DNA from: Camelus dromedarius
Lineage: Eukaryota
Length of the DNA: 64,000 nucleotides
Direction of reading: 5' to 3'
NCBI RefSeq assembly: GCF_036321535.1
Contig: NC_087437.1
Coordinates: 57,476,001-57,540,000, forward strand
Below are positions 23,456 through 37,169 of the stretch, one piece after another; the stretch's first letter is position 1, and each line of letters opens with the position of its first letter. A program made the position numbers and the translations under genes. The notes under the pieces were generated by a model. The model was given only the letters and a program-made list of their open reading frames with translations. It made no database searches and was not told the DNA's origin.

Positions 23456-26400
23456 ATAAGCATCCATTGGAGGTGTACTCTACCATTGTGGTTACCTTGG
23501 AGACAGAGCTAGGATGGATGTTGCCTGTCCTACATAGGGCCAGCAGGGTCCACCAATTGCTTATCTATTCCCAAAAGGCATTTTGAATGCTCATTTTGAA
23601 GCAGAAACAAATTCTTCTTTTACATTTAATTTATGATAGGTCATAAGTTTAACTTTTCATAAAGACATCATTTCAACTAAAGTAGATACCATTTAAATGA
23701 TTCAAGACAAAAGTCAGAGTCAATTAATTTTAAAAGATAGCAAAAGGCTATTTCTAAGATTGTACCTAAAAAAAAAAATATGTGGGACTTCTTTTTGTTC
23801 AAAGGCCTGGATGAATAACACATTTTATAATGTCTTAGGTGCAGATTTTGAATGAGAGTGTTAGAACAGAGCAAGATACAGACCCCTGAAAGAGGGCAAT
23901 CTTTATAAACAATTGAGAGATGAAATGTCACCTTTCTTTTTTAGCCAATATTTAAAGCTCATTAGGTAAAACTACTCAATGATGCGGCAGAATTTTTAAA
24001 TTGGCCAGGAGACAAAAAAAATCCCATCTATACCTGAAGGTAGTTAGCAGCAACTTTCCCAGTTAAGAATGTTAAATCTAGACGGAATTAATAACTAAAA
24101 TATTCTAGGCTGCAAATTTCTTAACTTTCCTTCAAGAATAACACTCTAAATGTGAACCATCAAAGTAGACTTGACAGCATTTTACAGCATTCTTTCACCC
24201 CTTTTGAGTCCATTTACATTTCTATGACAATTTGACAGACTTAAACACTCTTTCTTTAACACAAACTAGGATACAGAATAAAAGGATAGATTAATTTTTC
24301 AGCGGCCATAGTTGCAAAGACAAGTGTCCGTTTTTGCAATAAATAAACACTAGCTATAGAGAATAATCACCTAACATGACAGTGGGCTGAGCCTTAGGGC
24401 AAAAAGTCACTATCTACTGAATGGAATCTGCCTCAAGACTAGAGCTCAGATATGGTTCCTTAGGGTTTCTGTTTTCGTTTCATAAAATGTACAATTACCA
24501 GAAATATAAGGAAAGGTAACTTTCTAAAAATACTTCCTTTGGAACTAATCAAAAACTGATAATAATGAAGTACTATTCTTATTGGTCACTGTGAATTGAC
24601 TAACCACAGTCTCTACTTTGAAAGTCCATGTGCAATTCTCTAAATCTTTCTGGAAAGTCCTAGTAGGAAAGAAAAATGTATTTTTAGTGACATTCTTGTT
24701 TTTTAATTCTGTATCCTTCTCAGCACCTACATAAAACACTCTGGACAGTTACTACTAACCTCAGGATCAGGCAACCAACTTTAAATATTTATCGTGCGTC
24801 TTCCTTTACTGATCTTTAAAATTGTTTAATATGCTGTAATTTTTCATATTGGGGATGAAGTGAAATCTAGATTATAGGAAATTTAATTTTGGATGTGACA
24901 TCATTTGAGAGCACTGTTTCTTTGTTCTATTTCTCCTCTTGCCAAGTTTTTATAAAATACTCTCAGATAAGCACCATAGAGATCATAAGGACTTACTTAT
25001 TACTCTCTGTATTTGAAAACAGTGGATGGAAAGCTACAGTTTTCATTACTGTCGAAACAGGACAGCATGGGAAGGGAGATTATCTTCTTTACAAATTCCT
25101 TTGGGGACTTCTGAATGCCAACCTGCAGAGCTATTTTTTTTCTTTTTAATTTTAGCTCTCATAATACCTATGTATTTGCTGTCAACAGATTTCTTAATTC
25201 CATAGCTTTGTTACAAAGTTTGAATAGAAGGAACAACCTAGAGAAAATTCAGAAAAATGCATCAATTCCAAAGACAAAGTGCTGAGAATTTTGCATTATG
25301 ATAAAAAGATATGATAAGCAAATTAATCACACAAATAAGATAAGGAGAGAATGTTCAAATTTTTCAGACCAAAATGTTTTCAGGCATCTAATTAGAAGTG
25401 AAATGTTCGCTGATGGCCATTAAGGAATTAATGGCCTTCCATACTGATAATATAGGGTTTTTTAAGTTACTTTATTTACTTAATATTTATTCTCTAACCT
25501 ATATAACCTGAGTAAAAATGAAACAACATTAAATTGAGGGTGGAGACTGCTGAGGAAATGAGTGGAAAAAACTAAAATCAGTAATAATGTTCACCAGATT
25601 TGTAAATTTTTCAGATGCTATATTACTTCTTGTACCTTTGCTGACATCATCTGTAAAATGGGGTGAGAGACGGAGGAGACAGGATAATCTCTAATAGCTG
25701 TTCTAGACGTAACAGCCTATCAATTCAAAATGGAGTCCTGAGGATACTGAAAAGGAAAACTGAATTGAAATAGATATCAATGATATAATAAAGGTTCGAA
25801 AAAAAAACCAAAATGGCTTTTGAAATCTGATGTTCCCCAAATTCCTGAAGCTTATAATAATCAACATCGTCACGCTACTGGCCAGACATACGTAAACAAC
25901 TGAGCAATGTTTTGGGGAAATCCTGATTGTTTATAATAGAAAGGTAAACGTGATCCACATGCTAGGGCCCATTCTCAGAGGCATTTCACTTTGTTTTACT
26001 CAGCCCCTCTTTGGACACTTCCAGTGGCACAAGGCGCAGATCTTACTACCTTTTAAGGTAATTTCGGCAACAGTTCATTAACAGACTATTTCCAACTTCT
26101 ATAAGCTTTCCATTCTGGAAAATTTTATGCACATGCTTATTAGATAACTTAGAGTCAACTTAAGTAGTAAACTAATTAAGCTTGTCCCAGAACAGTGTCA
26201 AGGAAACTGTGCAAGATACACAAACAAATGGGAAACGCTGAAGTCAATAACAATGCCAACTAATCTGGAGAGGCTACTCGACCTCTCGTGGCCTCACTTG
26301 TCATCTATAAAATGGGGACGGGAGAACAAAAGAAAGAAGATAATGTTCTATCTGTAGGAAATTATGAGCCTAAAATGAAATGCTAACAAGGCTGGAAAGA

Positions 26401-29149
26401 AAAACTGAGTAGTGAGTGCAGCCAGCCATGTTCTATTCATCCACCTTGACATTGCACTCAAGGCTAGCATTTCATACAAGACATAGATCAGGTCAGATTA
26501 GATGTCTTCTATATTTGACATTCCTTACTCTTTTTAAAAAAGGGTTTGGGGGAACAAGGGGGTTTGGGGTAAAAAAAAAAAAGGTACAGTCTAAAAATAA
26601 CAAGTAGCTTGCTGAATCCAGCAGACAGACAAATGTATACACTGTCTATTTTCAGAAGATGCCACGGAATACAGAAAGCCTACCTAAGCAGCGATTGCTC
26701 TGAGAGACAGTGCATTAACTTTAGGAATAAGGGAAAAACATTTGGCCATCTGAGAAAAGCTAAATCTTGTAAGTGGCTATTTAAAGATATGATAAACAAC
26801 AATCCTTGTCAATCTAGAAAGGTGAAGAAAAAAGACAGTCTTGCTGTTTGTGAGATCTAACTGCTCCCTTTCCCTGCCTCTGTCAGAACAATGAAAATGA
26901 AAGTAATTGAATCATGTACTCTTAGGTCAGGAAAGCTCAGGAATAAAACCAACACAATCCTGATGGAATGAACGGTATTTTCTCGGTTGAAGACCAGAAG
27001 GATTCATATGTCAAAGGCCAACTGTATACACGCACTGACTGAGGGATTTTCAAGTCAATTTCCTAGAGGTGAAAGGTTTGTTTCCTGACTCTAGAAAACA
27101 GCAGTGCTAAAGAGACCAATCAAGAAAGTAATGGCAATTACTCATGTTTGAGAACATAAAGACATTAAAGTCACAATGAAAATGAGAATACTAATCAAGC
27201 AGGAATGAAAACACTTGCTATGTACTATTTTTTTCTTCTCCAGTTTAATCTGGAAAAATACTAGATCTAAGAGATATATATATGTTAGACATAAGAATGA
27301 AACTTCAATATAGGACGCCAAATAAACTCTCAGATTATTGTCCCCTGATGCGTACACTAACCCCTGTAGTATATTCACATGCCAGGAGTCATCAAAACCT
27401 TAAATATGTAGATCACAGCATCAACAAGTGCTTGGTGAGGTGGCTCTAACTCTACCAGTAATAAGCTATGTGATCCTGAACAAAACATATCCCCCTCTCT
27501 CAGCCATTGAAATGGGATCGGGAATGGGGGCAACAGACTATATCTAGACTCTTTACAGCACGATGAATTTAGTTGTATCTTGATAAGCCTGTGTTCCTTA
27601 AGTTTCTTGATGTTAAAGAGAGGCTCTATGTTTGAAATTAATGATCAGAAGATCAATGCTTTTGCACAGATAAAGTAAGTGGGCAGGCTACCCAAGTATT
27701 TTAATGGATGGTGAAAATATCTTATTTTTGACAGCAAGGTGAAAAAGCTAATAAAAGCATATAAAATTTTTCCCAAAGGTGCCACAGCCCCACATTCTGT
27801 GTGGTAATTGTGAAAGATCATCTGGAGAAGGCTGTTGGTATGTATTTGTTTTCCGATTTAGCTAGTCAACAGCTGGATTCTTAGAGAATGAAACAAAGAG
27901 TGCACAGGATTCAAGGAGCTAAGCAGAGTTTATTATAGAGCTTGACACATTACAGATGGACCATAAATATCCATTGTAGGGATGAGTGAATGGAAATGGA
28001 AAATAACTGAAATGGAGATATGCGGAGAGGGGGCAAAAACAACGCTCTAAAAAAATGGGAGTCATCAAATTAGATCTACTTCACAAATTTATAAATTTTA
28101 CTTTTCTGCATTTAAATAACACTTGCCTTTAAAAAAAGTCAGTGTCTGTTATTTCACTTGAACCTCACCATAACTCTATGGGGTAAGCTCAAAGACTCGG
28201 GCTGAGAGGGCTAATACAGCTTAACTCTGCCATAAATCTGGTAAACCATAGAGCTGGACATGGAACCTAGTCTTACATTCAACCCTCTGTGTGTACCACC
28301 AACACTGATCCATAAAGAGGGAAACTATTAGCACAGAAACTCATTAAAATCATGTTTACACTTTTATTAACCTAAAATCATATTTATTTAACTTGATATC
28401 TCATTAGTTTATTGGAGTCATTACTGCCTGTCAGTCAGAGAGAGTAAATGAGTGAATATCCTTCACAACAGAAGAACAAGCAGGGCTGTAATTAATGACT
28501 TTGGTAATAACAGCCTCGTGCTCATACACATTGATTTGCAGATATGGAATATACACTTTGAACCTCTAGGGAACAACATTCTTCTCTTCTATGTACTAAG
28601 AATGAAATGCTATTAAAAATAAATTCTTTTACAACTTCTGTTCCTAATAACCTCTTACATATGGACATTCCTCTAACATCAATAACCTAACTGATTTTGA
28701 ATCCTTTATGCTGTGAAAATTTTGCATTTATTTCATTCAGAGGATAAAAGTAGATATACCAAAGTTACTTCCTACACATAAAGAGCTTTATTGCTGAGGT
28801 TCCTCTGCAGTTGGCACTTGAGTTTTTAACACACAATGGGTAAGAGGAAGTTTAAATATACAACCTCACAAAACTATTCCCATTAGGGGTTTTATACTTA
28901 ACAAATTCATATGAATTTTGAAAGTCTGAAATGTCTACATCTTAAAGTCATATAACATGATCCTCTTTAAACCTTACATAACAAGTGATATGAAAGTTGG
29001 ATTGAACACTCAATTCTCCTTTATTTTACACTTCAAAAAAAAATCCTAAAAAAAAATCCACATGACTTTAAGCATATATAATACAATTTTAAAAGTACCA
29101 TAAGCCATAAAAATATAGGCCAAGTTTTAATTAGCTCTGCATATTCCCA

Positions 29150-29500
29150 AATAAATAAGATAATGTCTAGTCAACTGTAGGCATTAATAAAATGATAAAT
29201 ACACAGCAACTTAGGAGAGATGAATCCACTGCAACTTGGAGATATAGAAGAATGTTTCAAGTAAAAGAGGCATTTGAGCTGTGCTCTTGAAAGAAAAATA
29301 AGTTACACAACAAAAAGATCAGCTCATACGTAGAGGGGATGCAAGATGGAGGAAACAGCAAGGAAAACACACAGAGACTGAAAAGATGTCATAGTTCCAA
29401 AGAACATAGATTGGCTCTGTGGCTCTAATGAAAGCAGTAATGGAAAGGTAAATAGAATACTGATGTCAGGCTTTGGAAAGTCATGGGTGCTCTGTCTACA
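29150..29500 (-). mobile_element. L2 fragment
   Basis: gaggcatttgagctgtgctcttgaaaga...ggaggaaacagcaaggaaaacacacagagact. Confidence 0.55.
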
Positions 29501-29575
29501 TGTAGCAAATATTCAAATATTTGAAGGTATATATGATTGTTCAAAGCTTTTGAATATTAGCATTTCTGTGTTTGA

Positions 29576-31841
29576 ATAAAGAATATCTACAAAAAATCTA
29601 CAGCTAACTTAATAGTGAGAAACTCGAAGCTTTCCCAGTAAGATCAGGAATGGGGCAAGTATTTCCCCCCTCACCACACCTTTTCAATATCCTACTGGAA
29701 GTACTAGCTAAAGAAATAAGACTAGACAAGAAAATAAAAGATACACAGATTGGGAAGGAAGAAATAAAATTGCCTTTGTTCTCAGATGACCAGATCATCT
29801 TCTATGTAGAAAATTTAAACAGAAATGACAAAAAAAACCCTCTTGGAACTAATAAGTAATCATAACAAGGTTACAGGATATAAGGTTAATATGCAAAAGC
29901 CCATTGCTTTCCTATATACTAGGAATGAATGGAATTCCAAACTAACACAATGTTATTTACATTAGTACCCAAAATGAAGTAAGTATGAATATAACAAAAT
30001 ATGAACAAGATCTATACAAGGAAAACTACCAAACTCTGGTGAATAATATCAATGATGAACTAAATAAGTGGAGAGATATTCCATGTTATGGAGAGGAAGA
30101 CTCAATATTGTCAAAATGTCAGTTCTTCCCAACTGGATCTATAGACTCAATGCAATCCCAATCAAGATCCCAACAAAGTATTTTGTGAACATTGAAAAAC
30201 TAATTATAAAGTTTATACAAAGAAGCAAAAGACCCAGAATAGCCAACACAATATTGAAGGAGAAGAACAAAGTAGGAGAACTGACATTACCCAACTTCGA
30301 GATTTACCATAAAGCTGCAGTAATCAAAGCTCTATGATATTGGTGAAATAGACAACTAAGCCAATGGAACAGAATAAAGTCTGTAAATGGATCCATATAA
30401 ACACAGTCAACTGATCTTTGAAAAAGGAGCAAAGGTAAATGTAGTCTTTTCAACAAATAGTGCTGGGACAACTAGACATCCACATGCAAAAAAACCGAGT
30501 CAAAGCACAGACTTTACACCCCTCACAAAAGCTAGCTCAAAATGGATCACAGATCTAAAAATAAAACACAAAGTTTTAAAGCTCTAGATGATAACATAGG
30601 AGAAAATCTAGATGGCTTTGGCTACAGCAATTTTTTTTTAGGTCCAACAACAAAGGCATAATCCATGAAAGAAATTACAGATAAGTTGGGCTTCATTAAA
30701 ATTAAAAATGTCTGCTCTGCAAAAAACAATGTTAAGAGAATGAAAAGACAAGCCACAGAATGGGAAAAAATATTTGCAAAAGATACATCTGATAAAGGGC
30801 TGTTATCCAAATCACACGAAGAACTCTCAAAACTCAACAACTGATTAAAAAATGTGCCAAAGACCTTAATAGACATGTCACCAAATGAAATATACAGATG
30901 GCAAATAAGCATATAAAAATACTCCACATCACGTATTATCAGGAAAATGAAAAATTAAACAACAAGGAGGTACCATTACATACCTATTAGAATTGCCAAA
31001 ATCTGGAACACTAACACCACCAATGCTAGGAATTATGTGTAGCAACAGGAACTTTCATACACTGCTGGTGGGAATGCAAAATGGTACAGCCACTTTGGAA
31101 GACAGTTTGGTGGTTTCTTACAAAACTAAACATACTCTTACCATACAGCCCAGTAAGCGTGCTCCTTGGTAGTTACTCAAAGGAGGTGAGAATTCATGTT
31201 CACAAAAAAATCTACACACAGATGTTTACAGCAGCTTTATTCATAAGTACCCAAACTTGGAAGCAACCAAGGCATCCCTCAGAAAGTGATGAGATAAATA
31301 AATGTGGTACATCCAGACAATGAAATATTATCCAACACTGAAAAAAAAAAGAGCTATCAAACCATAAAAATACATGAAGGAGCCTTAAATACGTATTACA
31401 AGGTGAAAGAAGCCAATCTTAAAAGGCTTCAAGTAAATGACATTCTGGAAAAGACAAAAATATGGAGACAGTAAAAAGATCAGGGGTCGACAAAGACTGG
31501 GAATGGGGAAGAATGAACAGGCAGAGCACAGAGGGTCTTGAGGGCAGTGAAAATACTCTGTATGATACCACAGTGATGGATGATACACATCATTATACAT
31601 TTGTCCAAACCCATAGAATGTACAAGACCAACAGTGAAACGTAATATACACTATATTTTGGGTGACCATGATGCATCAGTGTAGGTTCATCAGCTGAAAC
31701 AAATATACCACTGTGGTGGGGAAGATACTAATAATGGGGGAGGTTATTCAAGTGTGGTTGCAGGTTATATATGGAAAATCTCTTTACCTTCCTCATTTTC
31801 CTGTGAACCTAAAACTGTTATAAAAAAAGAAAAGTCTTTAA
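29576..31841 (+). mobile_element. 5'-truncated L1MC1/2-like element with frameshifted ORF2 reverse-transcriptase remnants and a complete 3' UTR
   Basis: Peptides [19 protein letters not shown]...[12 protein letters not shown] (FADD-like), [26 protein letters not shown] and MVQPLWKTVW. 3' UTR gcagagcacagag...cattatacatttgtccaaacccatagaatgtaca...ctgtgaacctaaaactg. Confidence 0.92.
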
Positions 31842-32425
31842 AGTTGAAAAACAATTCTGTTTGGTCTAAGACAGAGATTTGCTATGTGCCTGTTCTCACT
31901 AATTAATGTGAGCAAAGATGCTATTTTTATTAAAGCACTTAATGTCTTGTTTTCATGCAACTTTGAGAAAAATATTAAAATGCAGGATGATATTTTATTT
32001 TTGTTGTTAACAACTTGCTTCTTCAATTAGAAGGAAAAATCAAGAAAACATTTAGAGTAGCACATTACTGGAATTCTGTAATGAGAAGTACATTACTCGG
32101 CCTACGTGAGTTTGGAAGTTACAAAGCGCCATGGTATATGCGCAGTCATCTGTGTGAGGCAAATAAATGAAGACAAAAAATGCTGTTAATATTTTATGAT
32201 TATTTTATCTTTACCTCCCATATTTCTAGTGTTTCCTCGATCGATGGAGAAAAGTGAGAATGACAGCTTGTTAATGGTATTTGACGGTGACAGCACAATG
32301 CTAAAATATTTCATTGATTTAGACATTTTTATTTTACTTTTTAAATTGGTCCATGTGCTAAGGAAAAAAGGCTAGTCAGGATAGTTGTTTGGATCTTTTA
32401 AAAAACATTTTCAAAAAGTTTACCT

Positions 32426-32508
32426 ATGCATATTTGTGTGTGTGTGTTCACATACGTGTACACTAGAAACTAACACAACGTGTGAATCAACAATACTTCA
32501 GTAAAAAA
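32426..32508 (+). mobile_element. Very short L1 3' tail fragment
   Basis: tgtacactagaaactaacacaacgtgtgaatcaacaatacttcagtaaaaaa. Confidence 0.6.
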
Positions 32509-32534
32509 CCTTACTTTTCTCTAGCCTAGATGAC

Positions 32535-32575
32535 TAGTAGGACTAATTGGGAATTAGTAGGACTAATTGGGAATT
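32535..32575. repeat. Perfect 20-bp tandem duplication TAGTAGGACTAATTGGGAAT x2
   Basis: Units at 32535-32554 and 32555-32574 are identical. Confidence 0.95.
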
Positions 32576-33285
32576 TTCCTTCACATGCATTTGTCCTGTG
32601 TAACCTGTTTTCACCTTGACCTAGCTTAATTATCTTTCGAAATGAGATCATCTCTAGTGAAAAGTAATTAGAATTATGTGAAATTGACTAATGAGATATA
32701 ACTTCATTTTCATTCATTTGCACATAGCTTTATTGAAAAGGGTCAAGAAAATTAAGACTTGGAAGACCAAGTTGAACTTTTCTGTAAATATCAAATGTCT
32801 ATATGCCTAAGAACATAAATACACAGTGCATTTGAAATAGCTTAAGCATTTCTAATAAAAGGGTCAGCCTATGCTCTAAACTATGGTTTCAATCTTAGGA
32901 GTTTCTGAGCCCTCCTTGAATAACTGATAGCACTTCTAGTAAAGAAAGGCCAGGACTTTATATGGCTGAAAAGAATCAGTCATGTCAGTCAATGGATTTG
33001 AACAATTTATCAAAGATTAAATAAAGGAAATTTGACAAATTTATTGTTTATAATTGCTTGATCCAAATTATCAGCTGCTGAGAGATGGGAATTTTCACTT
33101 CTCAGTTAGCTGAGGTGCCAAAGGCTAAAAATTGAGTTGGAAAAACATCTTGAAAAGGTATATACCATCTAGTTCAGGTCAACCCTTGTTCTTCTTTTAG
33201 CCCCATACTTGCAGATGTGAGCACACAGCTTGGGCGGGGGGGACTCCATTTTCCTTATCATATAACAAGTAAGAATTTCAACACG

Positions 33286-33499
33286 CAATGTTCTCCAGTG
33301 GAACTTTCTCCAGTGATGGAAACTGTCAATTTCTACACTGTCCAACACTGAATCCACAAGCCACTTGTGACTACTCAGTACTTAATTATGGTTATTATGA
33401 CTGAGGAACTAAATTTTTAGTTTTATTTAATATTGTTTAATTAACATTTTAATTTAAATAGTTATACATGTCTGGTGTCTATTCTACTGGACAGCTCAG
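33286..33499 (+). mobile_element. MER3-like hAT-Charlie MITE
   Basis: gaactttctccagtgatggaaa..ctacactgtccaacact..gactgaggaactaaatttttagttttatttaa..ctggacagctcag; terminal inverted ctgtcca/tggacag. Confidence 0.8.
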
Positions 33500-33895
33500 C
33501 TTTGATGTATGAGAAATTACTCACACTTTCCCGGAACTTGAATTATAAAGTTCCATGCCCCAACCAGGTAAGCATACTGCCTTTTAAAATCCTGCAGACT
33601 CAGCCATTTACCCAGACACCATACTATCAGGTGTCCATCTTTCTTCAGATTTGCCCTGGGACTGCCCATCACTCCTCAGAAGTGTATACAACTTTGCTTC
33701 AATAACTCCTGTGTTTGTCTTGGTTAGAGATGGTTACCATTTCTTTCTACTCTCCAGAGGTGGGGCTGCTTCTGGCTCCTAAAACAGATGCAGTTTAAGA
33801 GTGGGTAGTGGCAGAAGTATCCTTATCTTTCAGAAGGGCTTTTTATGACATTCATTGGAAAGATAATTAATTAAGTCTAATTTAGAAAACCTAAG

Positions 33896-35159
33896 TGTAA
33901 CAGGATGTTGAGTATATTTTTATGTGGTCCCAGAATTGTAGCTAAATCCAAGGTTACAATACACAACTCTAAACACCTCACATGCTTCATCAGCACCTTA
34001 GAATTAGAGCCATACACCTTTTATATAGCACACACTAAGAGAGGGAAGAATCACCATCCTACCCCTTCCTCCCAAGTTAACGGGAGAGGGTTTCCTTGGA
34101 GCTGGGCCTTTTGAGGAGCACAGGATTCATGAAGACAGTCAATGCCCCTCCTTCCTTATGGGTTAGGAAAAGAACACCTCCTCTTCCCTCTCATAGAACT
34201 TGGACTGCTGTCAAGGAAAGGCTGGCATCTTACTCTCTGAGCAAATAGTATCTCTGTCTTGACAGTGTAGCTGAAGTAGAGGGTGATTCAGGAGTCCTTA
34301 GAGAAATGTGACTTGAGTTGTCTGAAGTTTGGGGCCTGGAAGAAAATAGAAAATGTGCTCACGTCTGACTGGAGACTTGGAAATCAGGCTGTCTGCTAGA
34401 ATAGATGGTGAAGCAGTTCTCGCAGTAGCGTGGTGTGTGAAGGGAAAACAGAGATACCCCCATTCCGTCAGCTTCTAGATCCCTTGGAGGATACAGAAAA
34501 AGACCCCTGGTTCGCCCGGCTCTACACGTTGAAAGCCCAGTTGGCTGTGGGCAAAAATTGGGATGCTCTACCCTCTGAAGTTGTTTTGATTGTGTACTCC
34601 TGATGGGGTCAACTGAAGATACCGCTGCCCCTCTGAGAGGGTCCCAGGAAACTGAACATCACTCCAAGGAAACCAAGCACATTGCTTACGTGGAGACCAC
34701 TGTATTAAGTGAAGCCCTGGCAGCAGACAGAACCAAGCTAACCTAGAGCAATGCCGCGGACACCACTCCACTATCTTCATGGGTCTGGTCAGAAGGAGAT
34801 CTCCGCCTTCCCTCTCCTCTTCCCTTCCCCGGAAAAACCAAAGGCTTTAGGCCTAGAATAAGTAACAGGAGAAGTCACCATGAGAACCCTCTTTTTCTCC
34901 ACTCCACAAAACTAAGGATCTTAGGTTTAGTTTCCTAAACAGAAGAGCAGTAGGCTGAAATCAGACATGAGATTAGAGTTTTATGATAAAGTGGATCAAG
35001 TGGTCAGAGAATCAGAATCCATCCAGCTTGTCATTAAGTGACAGGAAAAGGATATTTGGCAAAACAAAGTTAAAAGTAATGACAGGAAGAACAAAGACAA
35101 AATATAAATATCTTTCATGTTGTATCTATCAGGTTGAGACTACTCTTATGAGATCTACA
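33896..35159 (+). mobile_element. Possible ancient LTR (Gypsy/ERV1-like such as MamGypLTR or LTR78; family uncertain)
   Basis: GC-richer block beginning TGTAACAGG and ending CTACA; no TSD seen. Confidence 0.3.
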
Positions 35160-35649
35160 AGAAATAGGATGCATCTCTGTCTTTTGGTCCATCTTTAACA
35201 GCACTCACTCTTGATCTACATCAGTAAGGAAATGTTTCCAAATGATGTGGCAAATATTTATTACATATACATATCATTAACTATTTACAGTGTACTTCAC
35301 CACCCCCTCCAAAATTTCAATAAGGTAGGGTGGGCGATGAGCTAATCTGTAAATTTTCTTTCTTGATTTTTAAAAATCACTGCCGCTGAAACAAGCACTT
35401 GGCGGAGGAAATAGCAGCTTACTGTGTAATTAAAAGGGTAGTCCCCTTCTACCTCTAAAGCACTGCCCTGACTCTAAACACTCCTAGAAGGTCCCTTTAG
35501 AAATTGCTTCTAGTGTTTCCTTCAAGTTAACCTCAGTGGTGGGAAATCTTATCCTCTGAGTGTAAATACAGTTTTTGGAGACTAACTACACTCAATTTTG
35601 TACATTTCCCCTGTGCTGGGTATCAATCACAGTGCTAAGTTCTGAAGAT

Positions 35650-35895
35650 GGAGGAGGCAATACTAAGAAAAAAACACCTAGGCTTTGGCAACAGACATGG
35701 GTTTAAATTCAGGCTAGAGACTTCATGGGTAGTATGGTCAGAAGAAAGCTTCTTAACATCTGTGAACATCCATTTATTCATCAATGAAATGGAAATGATA
35801 CTTTGTGACTGTACTGTATTGAAAGGATTTAATGATATATATTATTTGTAAAGTATATAATATCTGGGGTTCAGAACATGTCCGAATGTTACTTA
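35650..35895 (+). mobile_element. Near full-length MIR
   Basis: aggctttggcaacagacatgggtttaaattc...cttaacatctgtgaacatccatttattcatcaatgaaatggaaatgata...aaggatttaatga. Confidence 0.7.
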
Positions 35896-35949
35896 TACCC
35901 GACATAGAAAAGTATGTTATGTCATGGCTTCTAAACTTAAAAGTCTAGT

Positions 35950-36548
35950 TATAGAGACAGAGATATAATGATAATTATAATACAACGCAATTTGATTGTA
36001 ATAATACTCTCAGATATGAGCAGACTGCTATGAAAATAAAGAGACAGATGATTGACTTTCTTTGTGGAGCTGGAATGGAGATATTTGAGCTGAGGCTTGC
36101 AGAAGGAGACACTGCTCAGGTAGAAAGGTTTGAACACAGAGCACTCCAGGCATAGCCAAAAGCAAATACAAAGAAGTACGAAGTGTTCGGTATATTTGGA
36201 GAGTGGGGAGAAGTGAAGTGTGGCTGGAGCATATGGCATGTAGGGGGAGTGGCAGGAGATGCTGCTGGAAAAGCAGTTGGGGCCAAAATGACAAGGACTA
36301 TCGATGCTCTGCTAAAGGGCTTGGCATTTATCCAGCAGGCAATGGGGATCCAGCAGAGGTTTTTAGCTCGGCAATGCAATGAGTGGATTTGTTTTTTAGG
36401 AATTATTTCTCTGGCATCCCAGTAGCTGATGAACTGGAGTGGAGAGAAACTGGTTTCAAGACCTACAAGCAACAGTCTCCTAACTGGGCTCCCTGCCACC
36501 ATTTTAGACATGCTGAAGTTGAGGTGCCTGCGGGACACCCAGTGCAAA
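35950..36548 (-). mobile_element. L2 fragment containing an internal micro-inversion
   Basis: gatatttgagctgaggcttg, gtgtggctggagcat, aggcaatggggatccagcagaggttttt, ttttagacatgctgaagttgaggtgcctgcgggacacccagtg. Confidence 0.8.
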
Positions 36549-37169
36549 CCACACTCAGAAAGCTAAACACAGGAAAATCCTACTCAAATGCAGATAAATT
36601 ACAGGGTAACTACTGCAAAACATTCCTTGCTTTACAAAAGGATTTATTTCATGATCCAAGAGTTCCTTTAAATAGAAAGTTTTCAGTGCATTTAGGCAAC
36701 CCTTTACAGCTCATTAACTACTGATAAAGGTGGAGAAAGTCACGCAAATCTTAAAGACGCAGTGTCCAGAGTTCATCATGGAACGAAAATAAAAACTTTG
36801 GAAGTTATCGTTTATCAGTGGGAAAAGGTATTTGATTTACAAAAATGTTCAGATGTAATTTTATAGAAAACAGCTATTTCCTAAGATTTGTCTATGAGCG
36901 TCTCACCGTGCACATACAGTACAAGTATACAATATGGCTTATGTAGTACCTTACCTTGAACTAGTTCAGAGAATCCCTTGTTGCTAAAGAAAAAATATGT
37001 GGCCAACTGAAAATTACCTCTCATCATTTATTCTTATTTTCCTACTAACAAAATACGTATTTTAAATAAGTACATTATAGAAAAACAAGTGACATCCTTG
37101 ACAAACCTTCCTTGTAGTTATATGCGGTCATCTCTTTAAATTAGAGCTGAAAGGATATAAACAAAAAAT

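Noticed and set aside
24719..24750. Split REST/RE1 half-sites (CTCAGCACC ... GGACAG)
   Set aside because: The 15-nt spacer is far from the canonical 2 nt; unsupported without ChIP data.
29604..31323. Reverse-transcriptase-like ORFs as an active or novel RT system
   Set aside because: Fragmented, frameshifted ORF2 of an old 5'-truncated L1MC; the catalytic motif has decayed to FSDD.
35949..36724. Cluster of overlapping 80-143 aa ORFs
   Set aside because: They lie in a decayed L2, show no recognisable protein similarity, and have no supported exon structure.
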